Shown here piece by piece: positions 59,653 to 64,000 of a stretch of DNA of 64,000 bases (the first letter of the stretch is position 1; every line of letters starts with the position of its first letter). Origin of the DNA: Saccostrea cucullata (Eukaryota); contig NW_026929305.1 in NCBI RefSeq assembly GCF_032062105.1, positions 248,001 through 312,000 on the forward strand, given 5' to 3'. The notes beneath the pieces were generated by a model. The model saw only the letters and a list, made by a program, of their open reading frames with translations. It had not been told where the DNA came from and ran no database searches. Position numbers and translations under genes: made by a program.

Positions 59653-60135
59653 TGGCTCTCACACGGTACGCCGGAGTGGGGGCTTTTTTTATTTATTCGA
59701 AATAGCTCTCACCCGGTACGCCGGAGTGGGGGCTTTTTTTATTTATTCAAAATAGCTCTCACCCGGTACGCCGGAGTGGGGGCTTTTTTTATTTATTCAA
59801 AATAGCTCTCACCCGGTACGCCGGAGTGGGTTTTTTTTTTTTTTATTTATTCGAAATAGCTCTCACCCGGTACGCCGGAGTGGGGGCTTTTTTTATTTAT
59901 TCAAAATAGCTCTCACCCGGTACGCCGGAGTGGGGGCTTTTTTTTTTATCTATTCAAAATAGCTCTCACCCGGTACGCCGGAGTGGGGGCTTTTTTTATT
60001 TATTCAAAATAGCTCTCACCCGGTACGCCGGAGTGGGGGCCTTTTTTATTATTATCAAAATGATTCTCTACCGGTACGTCGGAGTGGGGGTCATTTTTAT
60101 TTATTTAAAATGGCTCTCATCTGGTACACTGGAGA
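59653..60135 (+). repeat. ~50-bp tandem array of GC hairpin + oligo-T units (8 near-identical, 2 degenerate; isolated variant at 59180-59220)
   Basis: Unit aatagctctcacccggtacgccggagtgggggc(t)natttattc. Confidence 0.95.
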
Positions 60136-62955
60136 TACACTGTACAATAGATGGAATGTCTTAAAATGCAAACATTCTTCATTGCCTTATCTAATAAACC
60201 GCACAAGAAATAGGACACCAAAATGGTCATGCATTGGGATATCCTACAAAATGATGTAGAAAAAAAATATCATGAAATCACGCGCATGCACGTGAGCTGC
60301 AATTTGATTGGCTGAAACTTTAAATTGCTATTTCTCCTTTGTTTTTTTGACGAAATTCTTTGAAATTTAAAATATAGTCATGCATTAGGATATCCTACAA
60401 AATGATATTAAAAAAATCATGAAATTACGCGCATGCACGTGTGCTGCAATCTGATTGGCTGAAACTTTAAATGGCTATAACTCCCTTGTTTTTCAACCAA
60501 ACAGGATGGGATTTAGAACATAGATAGATGTAAGGGACTCCTACAAAAAGGTATGATCATCATGCACGTGCACGCACGTGCGTGCATTTGAAACGAGTAT
60601 ATTTTAAAATACTCTTGAAAGACAAGATGATATGGTCATAACGCACATGCATTCACATGCGCTTGGGTGCAATGCTAAAAATTGAATATAATTAGTATCC
60701 TTCTAGAAAAACGTTGTTAAAGTCAAAAATGCACAGAGTTTGTCTTATTTAATGAAACTTACAGGGAATATGGCACCGAAAGGGAGTTGGGGAGCGTTTG
60801 GGGAACATCTGTAACGGTTCCCGTTACAATTAGCACTAGTTTCTTTTTTTTTTAAACAAAATTTAATACCTGTCCAGTAACAGAAGAATTATTATACTAG
60901 AATAAAGAAAACAACTTTCTAAAGGATTGTATACATACACATTAAATTAGCTTGAAATCGGTGTACTAGTATATTGGAAAGTGCAGGAATTATTTACCAT
61001 TGCAGGTTGAGAAGGGATGCCATATTTTAGGTTTGAAACCAGGCAAGTGAAAGCTGAATTCCAACCTACTTCAACATACTTGTACCCACTGTCTTCAAGA
61101 TATCAGTGTTTGAGACGTCAAAGTTCAAATATAATAGGAACATGTTTATCATATTATGTGATGGCATCCTCAAATCTTATGTTGTATAACAATATGTTTT
61201 AGAACTTATCAAGCTTTATTCTGTACCTTGCCAAAAAAAAAACTCAACTCAGCATAATTCTCATTAACTAATTATCATTGTTACTTGCGTATGTCAATGT
61301 AGGTCATTACTGGTACATGCCTGACCAACTAAAACTCTAAAATTGAAAAATCAGAGTCAAGATTTTCAGAGCAGCAGAAACAGTAGAATTTGTCATGTAA
61401 ATCTAATGATATGTACCGTAGCTGAGAATAAATGTACTCTAAATGTTGCATATATAAAAAAGAAAAAAGCAAAAAGTTCTCTTGTTTTCAGAATTTATAT
61501 TTACATGTGAAAAAAAGAAAAGGAGGTTGATATAGTTGGTGTGATGAGATGTTGGCAGGAACCTAGTAAAATAAAAGGAAGAACTTCCTTAAAATGATAC
61601 TTGTAGGGGAGAGTGTCTCATGGGGGGATTGTTTCAACTGACTTTACAGAATACAAAAGATCCATTGCATACCTAATTATCAATTATATGCCAAACACTA
61701 TGTTTAAAGTTTTCCATTGTTGGATATTTATGTTTAAATCCAAGATAACTTACCCAAGAGGATGTGATTTTTTTTTAACCAATGTAATTTTTCTCAAGTT
61801 TAAAGCAGTGTTTCATAAGTTTTAATGAAAAAATCAGAAGGGGGAGGGGGTAAATTTTTGACTTCATTCAAAGTATCTGTGGTTTGCAGTTGCCCATGAA
61901 TTTAATAAATAATTATACAAAGCAACAAGTTGAAATGAGTAAAATATTATGAATGTCCTGCATGTTTTAGTTTCATTTCAGAATTTTTCAAGTTTGACCA
62001 AATCTTGAAAAAGTAAAAGCCACAAGGTTTTGCAATTATTTGACATAGCATTACAAAATGCAATATAATTTTGCAACATCATAAAGATGCAAATTTAAGA
62101 TGCCAAAAAATTTAGTTCACATTTACATTTAACTCATTACACATGTTTTATAAAAGAGTAAATAAGTGTAGTTTGGGAATATTGTTATGTTAAACGCAGC
62201 CATTTTGGTTAAAAATCTGGTATTCCTGTCTCCATGGTAAAAAATTTTGCATTCCTGTTTCCATAGTAATAAAGAATGGATAGGGAAAATTTTATTTCAT
62301 ATTAGTTTCAATCTAAGGAGATAGTTTCAGGAAACTTGAAACATGCCCTGGTTAGTCTACATGTACTTCAAAATTGTCAATTTTACGGAAAGGGGGGGGG
62401 GCATTTTGTGCAGGTGTTCACAGTTCTCCTATCTAAGAACATATTTACATGTATTAATGCTCTTGGAAATGGGATGTGAATATTTTTACATGACACTTCA
62501 CCTAGATATGGACTAATTTTACTGTAAATGACATCAAAACAGGTAGAAAGGAACATTTCTTTTCTATATGAACTTAATTAAATGTGCATATGTTCCTTGA
62601 AATACGGAAATTTTGCAGATTTTGGGTAATTTTTCATTAGCTTTTTTAAAAAAAAATTTTTAAGTGTCCCATAAATATTTTAATGTGTTTAAACTAACTT
62701 ATGTACCATCTATACAATGCACTGTTTCCTGAATTTCTAATCAGTGTGCAAAGTATTAAAAAATCGCTTAGAAAAAGGGTCTAAAATGGCAATTTTCTCA
62801 ATTTGGCAAAAATCCAAAATCCCCAAAGCTAAGCGTTGTTAAGCCATTATGTAGAATAACAGTTTTTAAAAAATTATGTTGTTATACTAGAGAGGAATAA
62901 TGGTAGTTTTGAAACAAAAGTAGATTTTCCCATTCTCTTGTTTCTTTTAAGCTCA

Positions 62956-64000
62956 TTTTTAGCTCTACTGGTCAGAGACCAGAAGAGCTTATACGATAGT
63001 AAAGTGTCCGTCGTCCGTCCGTCTGTCTGTCTGTCTGTCTGTAAACAATTTTTCAAAACGCTACTCCTCCTACAGTTTTGGTTTGATTTTAATATAACTT
63101 TGCACACAAGTAGACTACACTAAGATACATAAAATTGTGCATCGGTTTTTGATTTCGATGAACGGTGTTGCCATGGTTACTAAAAATAGAATTTTCTGTG
63201 AATTCCTTTAAAACGCTACTTCTTCTACAGTTTTGGTCTAATTTCATTATAACTTGGCACACTAGTAGACTACACTAAGATACATAAAATCGTGCATCGG
63301 TTTTTGATTTCGATGAACGGTGTTGCCATGGTTACTAAAAATAGAATTTTCTGTGAATTCCTTTAAAACGCTACTTCTACAGTTTTGGTCTAATTTCATT
63401 ATAACTTGGCACACAAGTAGACTACACTAAGATACATAAAATAGTGCATCGGTTTTTGATTTCGATGAACGGTGTTGCCATGGTTACTAAAAATAGAATT
63501 TTTTGTGAATTCCTTTAAAACGCTACTTCTATAGTTTTGGTCTAATTTCATTATAACTTGGCACACAAGTAGACTACACCAAGATGCATAAAATAGTGCA
63601 TCGGATTTTGATTTTGATGAACGGTGTTGCCATGGTTACTAAAATTAGAATTTTCTGTGAAATTCCTTAAAAACGCTACTCCTTCTACAGTTTTGGTCTG
63701 ATTTCAACATTACTTGGCACACAAGTAGACTACACTAAGATACATAAAATAGTGCATCGGTTTTCGATTTCGATGAACGGTGTTGCCATGGTTACTAAAA
63801 ATAGAAATGTCTTTGAATTCCTTTAAAACGCTACTCCTTCTACAGTTTTGGTCTGATTTCAATATAACCTGGCACACATGTAGACTACTCTAAGATACAT
63901 AAAATAGAGCATCAGATTTTCATTTTGATGAGCAGTGTTGCCATGGTTACTAAAAATAGAAATGTCTTTGAAATTCCTTTTAAACGCTTCTCCTACTGCA
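62956..64000 (+). mobile_element. 5' part of a HINE with ~152-156-bp satellite, running off the window
   Basis: ttttagctctactggtc-aga-gaccagaagagct head, (gtcc/gtct)n microsatellite, 6 monomers containing cggtgttgccatggttactaaaa. Confidence 0.85.

Larger units (their letters stand above)
42947..60841 (+). mobile_element. Putative autonomous Helentron bounded by family-B termini (~17.9 kb including nested inserts)
   Basis: The unmatched 5' end atgttccccaaacg (42948) pairs with the 3' end cgtttggggaacat-hairpin-ctag|tt (60796-60841). Family-B body flanks the Rep/helicase ORF at 45066-45820 and 60220-60840. Boundaries are inferred. Confidence 0.55.

Noticed and set aside
59653-60135. Bacterial rho-independent terminators, or contamination
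   Set aside because: Embedded in animal Helentron sequence with no prokaryotic genes nearby; the resemblance is only structural.

Overview
AT-rich animal genomic DNA, inferred to be a bivalve mollusc (probably an oyster) from its repeat architecture. The first 24 kb holds the last four exons of a GPI-anchored contactin-like FN3 gene and a complete multi-exon IFT122 gene. IFT122 has two U12-type introns, a locally corrupted exon segment, and introns carrying MITEs and non-autonomous Helentron elements (HINEs). From 25 to 34 kb there is an IS3EU-like foldback element and a satellite-bearing HINE, interrupted by a young full-length Gypsy LTR retrotransposon whose LTR carries a duplicated structured RNA motif. 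At 35-38 kb lie a secretory HtrL/YibB-family gene cut by an N gap and a CR1-like LINE 3' fragment. From 38 to 61 kb is a nest of HINEs plus an apparently autonomous Helentron (2259-aa OTU-ZnF-Rep-PIF1-AP endonuclease ORF and a small coiled-coil ORF). The standout is the non-coding RNA apparatus around this ORF. Downstream is a genome-encoded 66-nt A tract directly joined to a consensus type III hammerhead ribozyme, followed by an array of hairpin+oligo-T units. Upstream are tRNA-like Pol III boxes followed by about 15 tandem H-type pseudoknots with compensatory substitutions. All structures were read by eye; no searches or folding programs were run.
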